Notes under the pieces: model-generated
Seen by the model: the letters and a program-made list of their open reading frames with translations, nothing else
Database searches by the model: none
Told to the model about the DNA's origin: nothing
Part shown: positions 50,079-60,817 of the stretch, in pieces
Position numbering within the stretch: position 1 is the first letter of the stretch
Layout of the letters: every line of letters starts with the position of its first letter
Program-made: the position numbers and the translations under genes
From: an uncultured Pseudomonas sp.
GTDB taxonomy: Bacteria; Pseudomonadota; Gammaproteobacteria; Pseudomonadales; Pseudomonadaceae
Direction: 5' to 3'
DNA: 64,000 bases
NCBI GenBank assembly: GCA_964518735.1
Contig: CAZFKQ010000015.1
Location: 16,979 to 80,978, forward strand

Positions 50079-51782
50079 TTAGAACAGGAAATAACGCTGC
50101 GCCAGCGGCAACACTTCGGCCGGTTCGCACCAGAGCAGCTGGCCGTCGGCCTTGACCTGGTAGTTCTGCGGATCGACTTCGATGCTGGGCAGGTAGTCGT
50201 TGTGGATTAGGTCGCTCTTTTGCACGGTGCGGCAGCCTTTGACCACGCCGATTTGCTTCTGCAAACCCAGTTGCTCTGGAACTCCCGCGTCGAAGGCGGC
50301 CTGGCTGATAAAGGTCAGGCTGGTGGCGTGCAGCATGCCGGCGTAGCTGCCGAACATCGGCCGGTAGTGCACCGGCTGCGGGGTCGGGATCGAGGCGTTG
50401 GCGTCGCCCATCAGGCTGGCGGCGATGGCGCCGCCCTTGAGGATCAGTGTCGGCTTCACGCCGAAGAACGCCGGGCGCCACAGCACCAGATCGGCGAACT
50501 TGCCCACTTCAATGGAGCCGACTTCGTGGCTGATGCCGTGGGTGATCGCCGGGTTGATGGTGTACTTGGCGATGTAGCGCTTGACCCGGAAGTTGTCATT
50601 ACCTGCCCCGTCTTCGGCCAGCGGCCCGCGCTGCTGCTTCATCTTGTCGGCAGTCTGCCAGGTACGGGTGATCACCTCGCCGACGCGGCCCATGGCCTGG
50701 CTGTCGGAGCTGATCATGGAGAACGCGCCGAGATCATGCAGGATGTCTTCGGCGGCGATGGTTTCGCGGCGGATGCGGCTCTCGGCGAAGGCCACATCCT
50801 CGGCAATGCTCGGGTCGAGGTGGTGGCAGACCATCAGCATGTCCAGGTGTTCGTCGATGGTGTTCTTGGTGAATGGCCGGGTCGGGTTGGTCGAGCTGGG
50901 CAGCACATTCGGGAACCCACACGCCTTGATGATGTCCGGCGCATGGCCGCCGCCAGCGCCCTCGGTGTGGTAGGTGTGGATGGTGCGGCCCTTGAAGGCG
51001 CCCAGCGTGGTTTCGACGAAGCCGGATTCGTTAAGCGTGTCGGTGTGGATCGCTACCTGCACATCGTACTGGTCGGCCACGCTCAGGCAGTTGTCGATGG
51101 CGGCCGGGGTGGTGCCCCAGTCCTCGTGCAGTTTCAGTCCGATGGCACCGGCCTTGACCTGTTCGATCAGCGGTTCCGGCAGCGATACGTTGCCCTTGCC
51201 GGTGAAACCGATGTTCATCGGGAAGGCGTCGGCGGCCTTGAGCAGCATCGCCATGTGCCACGGCCCCGGGGTCACGGTGGTGGCGTAGGTGCCGGTGGCC
51301 GGCCCGGTGCCGCCGCCGATCATGGTGGTGGTGCCGCTCATCAGGGCTTCTTCGATCTGCTGCGGGCAGATGAAGTGGATATGGGTATCGACGCCGCCGG
51401 CGGTGAGGATCATGCCTTCGCCGGCAATCACTTCGGTGGCGCCGCCAATGGCGATAGTTACACCCGGCTGGATGTCGGGGTTGCCGGCTTTGCCAATGGC
51501 GGCGATGCGCCCGCCCTTGAGGCCGACGTCGGCCTTGACGATGCCCCAGTGGTCGATGATCAGCGCGTTGGTGATCACCGTGTCGACCACGTCGGCGGCG
51601 CACAACTGGCTCTGGCCCATGCCGTCGCGGATGACCTTGCCGCCGCCGAATTTCACTTCGTCGCCGTATACGGTGAAGTCTTTCTCCACCTCGATCCACA
51701 GGTTGGTGTCGGCCAGGCGCACCTTGTCGCCGACGGTGGGGCCGAACATGTCGGCGTAGGCTTGGCGGGAAATCTTCATCAC
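50079..51782 (-). CDS. ureC: Urease alpha subunit
   Basis: [48 protein letters not shown]. Confidence 0.99.
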   Translation of the reverse strand: MMKISRQAYADMFGPTVGDKVRLADTNLWIEVEKDFTVYGDEVKFGGGKVIRDGMGQSQLCAADVVDTVITNALIIDHWGIVKADVGLKGGRIAAIGKAGNPDIQPGVTIAIGGATEVIAGEGMILTAGGVDTHIHFICPQQIEEALMSGTTTMIGGGTGPATGTYATTVTPGPWHMAMLLKAADAFPMNIGFTGKGNVSLPEPLIEQVKAGAIGLKLHEDWGTTPAAIDNCLSVADQYDVQVAIHTDTLNESGFVETTLGAFKGRTIHTYHTEGAGGGHAPDIIKACGFPNVLPSSTNPTRPFTKNTIDEHLDMLMVCHHLDPSIAEDVAFAESRIRRETIAAEDILHDLGAFSMISSDSQAMGRVGEVITRTWQTADKMKQQRGPLAEDGAGNDNFRVKRYIAKYTINPAITHGISHEVGSIEVGKFADLVLWRPAFFGVKPTLILKGGAIAASLMGDANASIPTPQPVHYRPMFGSYAGMLHATSLTFISQAAFDAGVPEQLGLQKQIGVVKGCRTVQKSDLIHNDYLPSIEVDPQNYQVKADGQLLWCEPAEVLPLAQRYFLF

Positions 51783-52084
51783 AGCGCTCCCATGATGCGA
51801 CCGGCAAAACCGAAGACGCGGCGCTCGCCCGCCAGTTCGACCAGCTCGACCTCGCGTGACTGACCCGGCTCGAAGCGCACCGCGGTGCCAGCGGCGATAT
51901 TCAGGCGCATGCCTCGGGTGGCGGCACGGTCAAATGCCAGTGCGTCGTTGGTTTCGAAGAAGTGGAAGTGCGAACCAACCTGGATCGGTCGGTCGCCGCT
52001 ATTGGCCACAGTCACGCGCAGGGTGCGGCGGCCGGCGTTGAGTTCGATCTCGCCAGGTTGGATCTGGTATTCGCCGGGGATCAT
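51779..52084 (-). CDS. ureB: Urease beta subunit
   Basis: [28 protein letters not shown]. Confidence 0.98.
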   Translation of the reverse strand: MIPGEYQIQPGEIELNAGRRTLRVTVANSGDRPIQVGSHFHFFETNDALAFDRAATRGMRLNIAAGTAVRFEPGQSREVELVELAGERRVFGFAGRIMGAL

Positions 52085-52599
52085 GGCGCGCTCCTTTCGG
52101 GGGTAAGGATCAGTTGCATAAAGGTCAGATCCAGCCAGCGACCGAACTTGCGGCCCACTTGCGGCATCTGCCCGGTGATGGCGAAGCCGAAACGCTGGTG
52201 CAGGCGAATCGAGGCCGCGTTGCCGCTCTCGATGGCGGCGACCATCACATGTTTGCCGCCGGCCCGGGCGCGTTCGATCAGGGCGCCGAGCAGCAGTACG
52301 CCGAGGCCGCGGCCGCGCTGTTCGGCGCTCACGTACAGCGAGTTCTCCACGGTGTTGCAGAAACCGTCGAAGGGCCGCCAGTCGCCATAGGCGGCATAGC
52401 CGAGCACGTTGTCGTCGGCATCCACCGCGACCAGCACCGGGTAGCCCTGCTGGCGGCGTGCGGCCAGCCAGGCCTGGCGGTTGGCCAGGTCGACGGTGGC
52501 GTCCATCCAGATCGCCGTGGTGTTGAGCACCGCGTCATTGAAGATGGCACGGATGGCTTCCAGGTCGCTGTCGCGGGCATCGCGAATCGAAATACTCAT
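52081..52599 (-). CDS. GNAT acetyltransferase (YncA/methionine-sulfoximine acetyltransferase type)
   Basis: [44 protein letters not shown]. Confidence 0.88.
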   Translation of the reverse strand: MSISIRDARDSDLEAIRAIFNDAVLNTTAIWMDATVDLANRQAWLAARRQQGYPVLVAVDADDNVLGYAAYGDWRPFDGFCNTVENSLYVSAEQRGRGLGVLLLGALIERARAGGKHVMVAAIESGNAASIRLHQRFGFAITGQMPQVGRKFGRWLDLTFMQLILTPERSAP

Positions 52600-52898
52600 G
52601 GGATCGGCTGGTGCACGGTGACCAGCTTGGTGCCATCCGGGAAGGTGGCCTCGACCTGGATTTCCGGGATCATTTCCGGGATGCCTTCCATCACCTGCTC
52701 GCGGTTGAGCAGGGTGGTGCCGTAGTGCATCAGCTCGGCCACGGTCTGGCCGTCGCGGGCGCCTTCGAGCAGGGCGGCGCTGATATAGGCCATGGCTTCC
52801 GGGTAGTTGAGCTTGACCCCACGGGCCAGCCTGCGCTCGGCCACCAGGCCTGCGGTGAAGATCAGCAGTTTGTCTTTCTCGCGTGGACTCAGATCCAT
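52596..52898 (-). CDS. ureA: Urease gamma subunit
   Basis: [31 protein letters not shown]. Confidence 0.98.
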   Translation of the reverse strand: MDLSPREKDKLLIFTAGLVAERRLARGVKLNYPEAMAYISAALLEGARDGQTVAELMHYGTTLLNREQVMEGIPEMIPEIQVEATFPDGTKLVTVHQPIP

Positions 52899-52957
52899 CG
52901 TGTTGCTCCAGTCATGCGGGCAGATGCGTGGCATCGCCGGAATTCGTATTAATGTTC

Positions 52958-53105
52958 GTAGGGTGGATGTCGCTTTTTACCTCCACCGTTCGCGGGTGGA
53001 AACCGCTGCGCGGCTTACCATCCTCCGTATCAAGATCCATCAACCCGTAGCCCGGATGTGATCCGGGATGCCGGGATGCTGCTCCCGGATTGCCTCCGGG
53101 TTACG
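52958..53105. repeat. Two adjacent degenerate REP-like doublets (GTAGGGTGG and GTAGCCCGG families)
   Basis: 52958-53027 GTAGGGTGGA...CCATCCTCCG; 53046-53105 CGTAGCCCGGAT...CCGGGTTACG. Confidence 0.75.
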
Positions 53106-53940
53106 TACTCCAGATTCGTGGCGGCACGGCGGCGCGCCCGAGCAAGGCAGGGCGCAGCAGGCGCCAGAGTTCGATCAGCCAGGCGCGCGCATGCAGCGCT
53201 TCGCTGGCCAGGCAGCGAGCAACGAGCAGGCCCGGCAGCTGACTGAGGTCGCCGCGCACCGGGCCGGGGATAGTGCGGCAGCGCTCCAGTAGATCGGCGT
53301 CGATTTCACCAGTGATCAACAGAGTGGCAAACACCGGTTGCCCGGCCAAGCCGATCGGCGAGTCGAGCAGGCCGTCGTCACCTACGATGCGCTGGCGCTC
53401 GTGCCAAAGCAGTTGGCCGTCGCGGCGGATATCCAGATGCGCCTGGAAATGGCCGGCATCGAAGCGCTCGCCGGCGGCCGGGCGGCCGAGGGCAACCATG
53501 TCCCAGTAGCACAGGTGCGCATCGCCTTCGAGGTTGATACGGGTAGTCAGCTCGGCCTGGGCACCGGCGTAGACGATGGTTTCCTGCGGCAGCCATTCCA
53601 GGGTGGCGCCGGCGGCAACCTGCAGTTCCAGCTGTTGGTAGGCCGGCCCGCTGGCGCGGTACCACTTGGCGGCGCCGGGGCTGGTCAGTTGCGCCCAGGC
53701 GTGTTCGCCGAGGCTGGCGCTGATGTGCAGGCGATCGCCACCGGCAATCCCGCCCGGCGGGTGGACGATAATGTGCTGGCAGACTTCGGGGCCTTCGGCG
53801 TACAGGTGCTTCTGCACCCGCAGCGGGCCGAGGTGACGGCGCTGTACGGGCCGCGTTGCGTCGCCTTGGCGCGCATAGCCTAGTTCCAGCTCGGCATGCC
53901 AGCTGGGGGTGAACAGGGCGTTAGGGGCAGGTGCATTCAT
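53101..53940 (-). CDS. ureD: Urease accessory protein
   Basis: [47 protein letters not shown]; ATG 53940. Confidence 0.95.
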   Translation of the reverse strand: MNAPAPNALFTPSWHAELELGYARQGDATRPVQRRHLGPLRVQKHLYAEGPEVCQHIIVHPPGGIAGGDRLHISASLGEHAWAQLTSPGAAKWYRASGPAYQQLELQVAAGATLEWLPQETIVYAGAQAELTTRINLEGDAHLCYWDMVALGRPAAGERFDAGHFQAHLDIRRDGQLLWHERQRIVGDDGLLDSPIGLAGQPVFATLLITGEIDADLLERCRTIPGPVRGDLSQLPGLLVARCLASEALHARAWLIELWRLLRPALLGRAAVPPRIWST

Positions 53941-53950
53941 AGGAGCTTTT

Positions 53951-54026
53951 CGTAGGGTGGATGGCGCCTTATCCATCCACCTGTGGTCAGCGCAATGCTG
54001 GATGGATATGGCGCCATCCACCCTAC
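53951..54026. repeat. REP-like doublet (GTAGGGTGG family)
   Basis: CGTAGGGTGGATGGCGCC inverted against GGCGCCATCCACCCTAC. Confidence 0.85.
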
Positions 54027-54034
54027 AGTGAGTC

Positions 54035-54733
54035 TCAAATCGCCACCAGTCCGCGCACGCCATCGGCTTCCATGGTCTCGCCACGGCCCTGCTGGACGAT
54101 CTCGCCGCGGCTCATCACCAGGTACTGGTCGGCCAGCTCGGCGGCGAAATCATAGAACTGCTCGACCAGCAGGATGGCCATATCGCCCCGTTCGGCGAGC
54201 TTCTTGATCACCGCGCCGATCTCCTTGATCACCGAGGGCTGGATGCCTTCGGTGGGCTCGTCGAGGATCAGCAGGCGTGGCTTGCTCGCCAGTGCGCGGC
54301 CGATGGCCAGCTGTTGCTGCTGGCCGCCGGAGAGGTCGCCGCCGCGGCGCTGCTTCATCTCGCGCAGCACCGGGAACAGCTCGTAGATGAACTCGGGTAC
54401 GGTCTTGGCTTCGCTGGCGCCGAAGCGGGACAGGCCCATCAGCAGGTTCTCCTCGACCGTGAGCCTCGGAAAGATTTCTCGGCCCTGCGGCACGTAGGCG
54501 ATGCCGGCGTGCACGCGCTGGTGCGGTTTGAACGCGGTGATCGGCTGGCCTTCCCATTGCACGGCGCCTTCTTTGGCCGGAATCAGGCCCATCAGGCATT
54601 TCAGCAGGGTGGTTTTACCCACACCGTTGCGCCCGAGCAGGCAGGTGACTTCGCCGACCTTCACGTCGAACGACAGGCCCCGCAGGATATGGCTACCGCC
54701 GTAATACTGATGAAGTTGTTGGACTTGCAGCAT
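54035..54733 (-). CDS. urtE: Urea ABC transporter ATPase
   Basis: [41 protein letters not shown]. Confidence 0.95.
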   Translation of the reverse strand: MLQVQQLHQYYGGSHILRGLSFDVKVGEVTCLLGRNGVGKTTLLKCLMGLIPAKEGAVQWEGQPITAFKPHQRVHAGIAYVPQGREIFPRLTVEENLLMGLSRFGASEAKTVPEFIYELFPVLREMKQRRGGDLSGGQQQQLAIGRALASKPRLLILDEPTEGIQPSVIKEIGAVIKKLAERGDMAILLVEQFYDFAAELADQYLVMSRGEIVQQGRGETMEADGVRGLVAI

Positions 54734-54745
54734 GCTTGTGTCCTT

Positions 54746-54818
54746 GTAGGGTGGATCACGTTGTATCGATCCACCGTGCGATGCCTGTGGTGGATGAGAA
54801 AAGCGTCATCCACCCTAC
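54746..54818. repeat. REP-like doublet (GTAGGGTGG family)
   Basis: GTAGGGTGGAT inverted against ATCCACCCTAC, with internal hairpins. Confidence 0.85.
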
Positions 54819-54825
54819 GAATGCC

Positions 54826-55689
54826 TTATCGACCGAGATAAACCTCGATTACCCGCTCATCGTTCTGCACTTGCTCCAGCGAACCTTCGGCCAGCACGCT
54901 GCCCTGGTGCAGCACGGTGACGTGGTCGGCGATGGAGCCGACGAAGCCCATGTCGTGCTCGACCACCATCAGCGAGTGCTTGCGTGCCAGGGACTTGAAC
55001 AGCTCGGCGGTGAACTCGGTTTCGGCGTCGGTCATGCCGGCTACCGGCTCATCGAGCAGCAGCAGTTGCGGGTCCTGGACCAGCAGCATGCCGATTTCGA
55101 GGAACTGCTTCTGGCCATGCGAGAGCAACCCGGCCGGGCGCTGCCGGGAGCTGTCCAGACGGATGGTGGCAAGCACTTCGTCGATGCGCTCTTTCTGGGC
55201 GCCAGTGAGTTTTGCGCGCAGGCTGGCCCATACCGACTTGTTGGTTTTCAGCGCCAGTTCGAGGTTCTCGAACACGCTGAGGGCCTCGAACACCGTGGGC
55301 TTCTGGAACTTGCGGCCGATGCCGGACTGGGCGATCTCGACTTCGCTCATCTGGGTCAGATCGAGGGTTTCGCCAAAGTAGGCGTTACCGTTGTCCGGGC
55401 GGGTCTTGCCGGTAATCACGTCCATCATGGTGGTCTTGCCGGCGCCGTTAGGGCCGATGATGCAGCGCAGTTCGCCGACGCCGATGTACAGGTTGAGGTC
55501 GGTCAGCGCCTTGAATCCATCGAAGCTGACGTTGATGCCTTCCAGGGTGAGGATGGTGCCGTGGCGCACATCCAGGCCCTTGGCCGCGGCACTGCCGAGA
55601 CCGACGGCCTCGCGGCTGGTGCCGGCATCCTGGTTAGGGTTGAACGCGGGTTCGAGCATGAATTCGGGTACTGGAGTGGCGCGCATCAT
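54826..55689 (-). CDS. urtD: Urea ABC transporter ATPase
   Basis: [31 protein letters not shown]; start overlaps the urtC stop. Confidence 0.94.
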   Translation of the reverse strand: MMRATPVPEFMLEPAFNPNQDAGTSREAVGLGSAAAKGLDVRHGTILTLEGINVSFDGFKALTDLNLYIGVGELRCIIGPNGAGKTTMMDVITGKTRPDNGNAYFGETLDLTQMSEVEIAQSGIGRKFQKPTVFEALSVFENLELALKTNKSVWASLRAKLTGAQKERIDEVLATIRLDSSRQRPAGLLSHGQKQFLEIGMLLVQDPQLLLLDEPVAGMTDAETEFTAELFKSLARKHSLMVVEHDMGFVGSIADHVTVLHQGSVLAEGSLEQVQNDERVIEVYLGR

Positions 55690-56777
55690 TGCTCTCCCTT
55701 CTTGCGGAGCAAGCCGATCACGCCTTTCGGCAGGAACAGCGTGACGACGATGAACAGGAAGCCCAGGGCGAACAGCCAGTACTCGGGGAAGGCCACGGTG
55801 AACCAGCTCTTCATACCGTTGACCAGGCCGGCACCGAGCAGCGGACCGATCAGCGTGCCGCGCCCGCCTAGGGCGACCCACACGGCGGCCTCGATGGAGT
55901 TGGTCGGCGACATCTCGCTGGGGTTGATGATGCCTACCTGTGGCACGTACAGCGCGCCAGCCAAGCCGCACAGCACGGCGGAGAGCACCCAGATGAACAG
56001 CTTGTAGCCACGCGGGTCGTAGCCGCAGAACATCAGGCGGTTCTCCGCATCACGCAGGGCGGTGAGCACCCGGCCGAACTTGCTGCGCGCCAGCTTGAAG
56101 CCCAGCAGCAGGCTACCGACCAGCAGCGCCACGGTGCAGAGGAACAGCACGGCGCGGGTACTCGGTGCGGTGATATCGAAGCCGAGCATGCTGCGAAAGT
56201 TGGTGAAGCCGTTGTTGCCGCCGAAACCGGTTTCGTTGCGGAAGAACAGCAGCATGCCGGCGAAGGTCAGGGCCTGGGTCATGATCGAGAAATACACGCC
56301 CTTGATCCGCGAGCGGAAGGCGAAGAAGCCGAACACCAGGGCCAGCAGACCCGGCGCCAGCACCACCAGGCACAGCGCCCAGAGGAAGCTGGAAGTGCCG
56401 TACCAGTACCACGGCAGCTCGGTCCAGGAGAGGAACACCATGAACGCGGGCAGGCCGTCACCGGCGCTTTCACGCATCAGGTACATACCCATGGCGTAGC
56501 CGCCGAGGGCGAAGAACAGGCCGTGACCGAGCGAGAGCAGGCCGGCATAGCCCCAGACCAGGTCCAGGGCCAGGGCGACCACGCAGTAGCAGAGGATCTT
56601 GCCGACCAGGGTCAGGGTGTAGGCCGAGACGTGCAGGGCGTGCTCGGCCGGCAGCAGGTGCAGCAGTGGCATGGCTAGCAGCAAGAGCAGGATCAGGCCG
56701 CCAATGATCAGCGAGGTCTTAGGCCCGAGGGCGGTGCTGGCGCGGGCCAGCAGCGTTTGGTTGATTGGCATAGTCAT
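55686..56777 (-). CDS. urtC: Urea ABC transporter permease
   Basis: LDLVWGYAGLLSLGHG, FFRNETGFGGNNG, RDAENRLMFCGY; ATG 56777. Confidence 0.94.
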   Translation of the reverse strand: MTMPINQTLLARASTALGPKTSLIIGGLILLLLLAMPLLHLLPAEHALHVSAYTLTLVGKILCYCVVALALDLVWGYAGLLSLGHGLFFALGGYAMGMYLMRESAGDGLPAFMVFLSWTELPWYWYGTSSFLWALCLVVLAPGLLALVFGFFAFRSRIKGVYFSIMTQALTFAGMLLFFRNETGFGGNNGFTNFRSMLGFDITAPSTRAVLFLCTVALLVGSLLLGFKLARSKFGRVLTALRDAENRLMFCGYDPRGYKLFIWVLSAVLCGLAGALYVPQVGIINPSEMSPTNSIEAAVWVALGGRGTLIGPLLGAGLVNGMKSWFTVAFPEYWLFALGFLFIVVTLFLPKGVIGLLRKKGEQ

Positions 56778-58348
56778 CAGTCGATCACCCGTCCTTTCAG
56801 TGCAAAAAGACCTTGGGGTCGTTTCTGGATAAACAGAATGATCAGCGCGAGAATGAGGATTTTGCCGAGCACGGCACCGATCTGCGGTTCGAGGATCTTG
56901 TTCGCCACGCCCAGGCCGAAGGCGGCCAGCACGCTGCCGGCCAGCTGGCCGACGCCGCCGAGTACCACCACCAGGAACGAGTCGATGATGTAGCTCTGGC
57001 CCAGATCCGGGCCGACGTTGCCGATCTGTGACAAGGCCACGCCACCGAGGCCGGCGATGCCCGAGCCGAGGCCGAAGGCGAGCATGTCTACCCGGCCGGT
57101 GGGCACGCCGCAGCAGGCGGCCATGTTGCGGTTCTGCGTGACGGCACGCACGTTGAGGCCGAGGCGGGTCTTGTTCAGCAGCAGCCAGGTCAGCAGCACG
57201 ACGAACAGGGCGAAGCCGATGATGACGATACGACTGTAGGGTAGTACCAGGTTGGGCAGCACCTGGATGCCGCCGGACAGCCACTCGGGGTTGGCCACCT
57301 CGACGTTCTGCGCACCGAAGATCACCCGCACCAGCTGGATCAGGATCAGGCTGATGCCCCAGGTGGCCAGCAGGGTTTCCAGTGGGCGACCGTAGAGGTG
57401 ACGGATTACCGTGCGCTCCAGGGCCATGCCGATAGCGGCGGTGACGAAGAAGGCGATCGGCAGGGCGGCCAGCGGGTAGAGGGCCAGGTAGCCGGGGGCG
57501 AGTTTCTGGAAGGCGATCTGCACCATGTAGGTGGTGTAGGCACCGAGCATCAGCATCTCGCCGTGGGCCATGTTGATCACACCCAGCAGGCCGAAGGTGA
57601 TGGCCAGGCCGAGGGCGGCGAGCAGCAGGATCGAACCGAGGCTCAGGCCGCTGAAAGCCTGGCCGAGCAGTTCGCCACCGAGCAGGCGGCGCTTGACCTG
57701 AGCCAGGCTGGTTTCGGCGGCGGTGCGCACGCCAGCGTCGCTCTCCACACCTTCGGCCAGTAGCGCTTCCAGGCGGGTGCGGGCCAGTGGCTCGCCGGTT
57801 TCACCGAGCAGACGTACGGCGCTCAGGCGGATGGCCGGGTCCGGGTCGACCAGTTGCAGATTGGCCAGCGCCAGGGCCAGGGCATCGCGCACGCTGGCGT
57901 CTTGCTCGCTGGCAACGCGGGCATTGAGTAACTCAAGCTGTGCCGGTTTGGCGTTCTTCTGCAGTTGCTGGGCGGCGGCCAGGCGCACGGCCGGCTCGCT
58001 GGCGAGCAACTGATGGCTGGCCTGGGCGGTGGCCAGCAGGCCACGCAGGCGGTTGTTCAGGCGCAGCTTCTTCGGCGTACCGTCGGGGCGGGCAGGCCCT
58101 TCGAGGGTTTGCCAGCTGCCATTCTGTTCTAGGTAGGGGGTCTTGCTGCTGTCGCTGCCGACGCGGCCCTGTTGCAGGGCGTCGAGCAGGGGCAGGCGGG
58201 CAGGGTCAGGCTGGGCGGACCAGCTTTCCAGCAGCTTGGCTTGCAGCGCGGGATTGGCCGCGACGAAGTCGCTGGCGTCACCGGCATGGGCTGTCAGTGG
58301 CAAGAGCAGAGCCAGTGACAGGAGGATTCGGTAAAGGGCAGTGGGCAT
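56777..58348 (-). CDS. urtB: Urea ABC transporter permease with HEAT-like periplasmic N-terminus
   Basis: GLAITFGLLGVINMAHGE, LYGRPLETLLATWG, DSFLVVVLGG. Confidence 0.95.
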   Translation of the reverse strand: MPTALYRILLSLALLLPLTAHAGDASDFVAANPALQAKLLESWSAQPDPARLPLLDALQQGRVGSDSSKTPYLEQNGSWQTLEGPARPDGTPKKLRLNNRLRGLLATAQASHQLLASEPAVRLAAAQQLQKNAKPAQLELLNARVASEQDASVRDALALALANLQLVDPDPAIRLSAVRLLGETGEPLARTRLEALLAEGVESDAGVRTAAETSLAQVKRRLLGGELLGQAFSGLSLGSILLLAALGLAITFGLLGVINMAHGEMLMLGAYTTYMVQIAFQKLAPGYLALYPLAALPIAFFVTAAIGMALERTVIRHLYGRPLETLLATWGISLILIQLVRVIFGAQNVEVANPEWLSGGIQVLPNLVLPYSRIVIIGFALFVVLLTWLLLNKTRLGLNVRAVTQNRNMAACCGVPTGRVDMLAFGLGSGIAGLGGVALSQIGNVGPDLGQSYIIDSFLVVVLGGVGQLAGSVLAAFGLGVANKILEPQIGAVLGKILILALIILFIQKRPQGLFALKGRVID

Positions 58349-58373
58349 GTTGTAACAGTCCTTCGAATGGAGC

Positions 58374-58570
58374 CGTAGCCCGGATGCAATCCGGGACGGC
58401 CTTCCCCGGATTGCATCCGGGCTACGAGCGCCCTCTCCCCCGGCCCCTCTCCCGTGAACGGGAGCGGGGAGGCAAGCGGCTCCGCACGGCTGAAGAGTTT
58501 CAGCCCGCGCTAAACAGTCCCCCTTCCCACTTTCTTTATACGGAGTGGGGGAGAGGGCTAGGGAGAGGGG
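58374..58570. repeat. Composite repeat cluster (GTAGCCCGG doublet plus two CCCTCTCCC copies)
   Basis: 58374-58426 CGTAGCCCGGATGCAATCCGGG and its inverse; 58431-58471 forward copy and 58519-58570 reverse copy. Confidence 0.85.
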
Positions 58571-58576
58571 CTTTGC

Positions 58577-59845
58577 TTAGTTGGACTTCACCGCGTAGTC
58601 CGGCTTCTTGTCGTTGCCGGGGATGTACGGGCTCCACGGCTGGGCGCGCAGCGGGCCTTCGGTTTGCCAGACGATGGAGAACTGCCCGTCTTCCTGGACT
58701 TCGCCGATCATCACCGGCTTGTGCAGGTGGTGGTTGGTCTTGTCCATGGTCAGGGTGTAGCCGCTCGGCGCGGCGAAGGTCTGACCGGCCAGTGCCTCAC
58801 GCACCTTGTCGACGTCGGTGGTGCCGGCTTTCTCGACCGCCTGGGCCCACATGTTGATGCCGACGTAGGTGGCTTCCATTGGGTCGTTGGTCACGGCCTT
58901 GTCGGCGCCCGGCAGGTTCTTGGCCTTGGCGTAGGCCTTCCACTTGTTGACGAACTCGGTGTTGACCGGGTTCTCCACCGACTGGAAGTAGTTCCAGGCA
59001 GCCAGCTGGCCTACCAGCGGCTTGGTGTCGATGCCGCGCAGTTCTTCTTCGCCGACCGAGAAGGCGACTACCGGGATGTCGGTAGCTTCGATGCCCTGGT
59101 TGGCCAGTTCCTTGTAGAACGGCACGTTGGAGTCGCCGTTGACGGTGGAGATCACCGCAGTCTTGCCGCCGGCGGAGAACTTCTTGATGTTGGCGACGAT
59201 GGTTTGATAGTCGCTATGACCGAAGGGGGTGTAGACCTCTTCGATGTCCTTGTCGGCCACACCTTTGCTGTGCAGGAAGCTGCGCAGGATCTTGTTGGTG
59301 GTGCGCGGGTAGACGTAGTCGGTGCCGAGCAGGAAGTAGCGCTTGGCCGCGCCACCGTCTTCGCTCATCAGGTATTCGACGGCCGGGATGGCCTGCTGGT
59401 TTGGCGCGGCGCCGGTGTAGAAGACGTTCGGCGACATTTCTTCGCCTTCGTATTGCACCGGGTAGAAGAGCAGGCCATTGAGTTCTTCGAACACCGGCAG
59501 CACGGATTTGCGCGACACCGAGGTCCAGCAGCCGAAGACCACGTCGACCTTGTCCTGGGTCAGCAGCTGACGGCCTTTCTCGGCGAACAGCGGCCAGTTG
59601 GAGGCCGGGTCGACCACCACGGCTTCCAGTTGTTTGCCATTGACCCCGCCTTTGGCGTTGATCTCGTCAATGGTCATCAGTGCCATGTCTTTCAGCGAGG
59701 TTTCCGAGATGGCCATGGTGCCGGACAACGAGTGGAGGATGCCGACCTTGATGGTCTCGGCAGCCTGCAGGCTGTAAGGGAAAAGACCGCTGAGCAGCAA
59801 GGCACTGGCGGCGAGGGTGGATTTCAACAGAGGACGGCGTTTCAT
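58577..59845 (-). CDS. urtA: Urea ABC transporter substrate-binding protein
   Basis: KVGILHSLSGTMAISE, FGCWTSVSRK, YPVQYEG, GTDYVYPR. Confidence 0.96.
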   Translation of the reverse strand: MKRRPLLKSTLAASALLLSGLFPYSLQAAETIKVGILHSLSGTMAISETSLKDMALMTIDEINAKGGVNGKQLEAVVVDPASNWPLFAEKGRQLLTQDKVDVVFGCWTSVSRKSVLPVFEELNGLLFYPVQYEGEEMSPNVFYTGAAPNQQAIPAVEYLMSEDGGAAKRYFLLGTDYVYPRTTNKILRSFLHSKGVADKDIEEVYTPFGHSDYQTIVANIKKFSAGGKTAVISTVNGDSNVPFYKELANQGIEATDIPVVAFSVGEEELRGIDTKPLVGQLAAWNYFQSVENPVNTEFVNKWKAYAKAKNLPGADKAVTNDPMEATYVGINMWAQAVEKAGTTDVDKVREALAGQTFAAPSGYTLTMDKTNHHLHKPVMIGEVQEDGQFSIVWQTEGPLRAQPWSPYIPGNDKKPDYAVKSN

Positions 59846-59899
59846 CTTGTTAGGGCTCCATGCGCAACTGTGGGGACCGAAAGGGTCGCCAGTTCTTTG

Positions 59900-59915
59900 G
59901 CAGCATCCGTGCCAA
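59900..59915 (-). promoter_or_regulatory. Sigma54 promoter of the urt/ure operon
   Basis: Minus strand TTGGCACGGATGCTGC (GG-N10-GC), 55 nt upstream of the urtA ATG. Confidence 0.75.
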
Positions 59916-59979
59916 ACTGCGCAAAGCCTTGTCCCGTATGGGTTTTGGCAAATACGGGGTGGTCTCTGTAATCGCTGTG

Positions 59980-60047
59980 TGCGCGAAGTCGGTGCGCTAA
60001 TGTGTGTGCCGACGCATGTTTATCGCCAAGTGCACTGATTTAGAGCA
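59980..60047. promoter_or_regulatory. Two NtrC-like boxes
   Basis: TGCGCGAAGTCGGTGCG (59980-59996) and TGCACTGATTTAGAGCA (60031-60047), each 10/14 to TGCACCA-N3-TGGTGCA. Confidence 0.5.
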
Positions 60048-60147
60048 AAGGCTCGTTGGCGCGGCCTGCACTGTCCACGCAGGTGCGCCATATGGCACCG
60101 CTGAAGCATGCAAGTTACTCGGTGGCAGAAGCCGGAGTGGCGTGATT

Positions 60148-60744
60148 TCAGGGCAGTAAGTAGCCCCGTACACCCGTGAAAATGATCTGTGCCGCCAGGG
60201 CGCAGACGAACAGCCCCATCAGGCGGCTGAGGATCTGCAGGCCCTTCTCGCCGAGAACGCGTTCGAAACCATGCGAGAGGAACAGCACGAAGCCGACGGT
60301 GATGCTGGCCAGGGCGATGCTGAGCACGGCCAGTAGCTTGTCGTCCCAGTGTGGTTGGCTGACGCCCATCACCAGCAGTGCACCGATAGTGCCCGGGCCG
60401 ACCGTGAGTGGAATGGTCAGCGGGACGATGGTGACGTCCTGGTTGAGGTTGTCGGTCTGCACTGCCGACTTGCCCTGAGCCATACCCAGGGCCGAGATGA
60501 ACAGCACGGAGCCGGCGCCGATGCGGAAGGCGTCGGCGGTGATGCCGAACAGATCGAAGATGGTCTGGCCGAACAGGTACAGCAATACGCTGGCGACCAA
60601 GGTGCCGAAGGCCACTTTCCAGGCCAGTTTCTTGCGTTCTTTAACCGTGTAGCCGGGTGTCAGACCGATAAAGCAGGAGAGCACGAAGAATGGGCTGTAG
60701 AGCACCAGCATCTTCAAATACAGACTGAACAGCTCGGGCAGCAT
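60148..60744 (-). CDS. MarC-family membrane protein
   Basis: FRIGAGSVLF, VPLTIPLTVGPG, LSRLMGL. Confidence 0.9.
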   Translation of the reverse strand: MLPELFSLYLKMLVLYSPFFVLSCFIGLTPGYTVKERKKLAWKVAFGTLVASVLLYLFGQTIFDLFGITADAFRIGAGSVLFISALGMAQGKSAVQTDNLNQDVTIVPLTIPLTVGPGTIGALLVMGVSQPHWDDKLLAVLSIALASITVGFVLFLSHGFERVLGEKGLQILSRLMGLFVCALAAQIIFTGVRGYLLP

Positions 60745-60817
60745 GGGGCGGGCTCATCGGCAAAGGAGAAATATTGCGCAAGCATAGCGGTCGAAGTCTG
60801 GCCGCGTCAGCCTGTAC

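Noticed and set aside
49008-58570. CRISPR array
   Set aside because: The repeats are inverted intergenic doublets, not regularly spaced direct repeats with unique spacers, and there are no cas genes.
60093-60108. Plus-strand sigma54-like site TGGCACCGCTGAAGCA
   Set aside because: It points away from urtA into the 3' end of marC and has a poor -12 region; the minus-strand site at 59900-59915 fits better.
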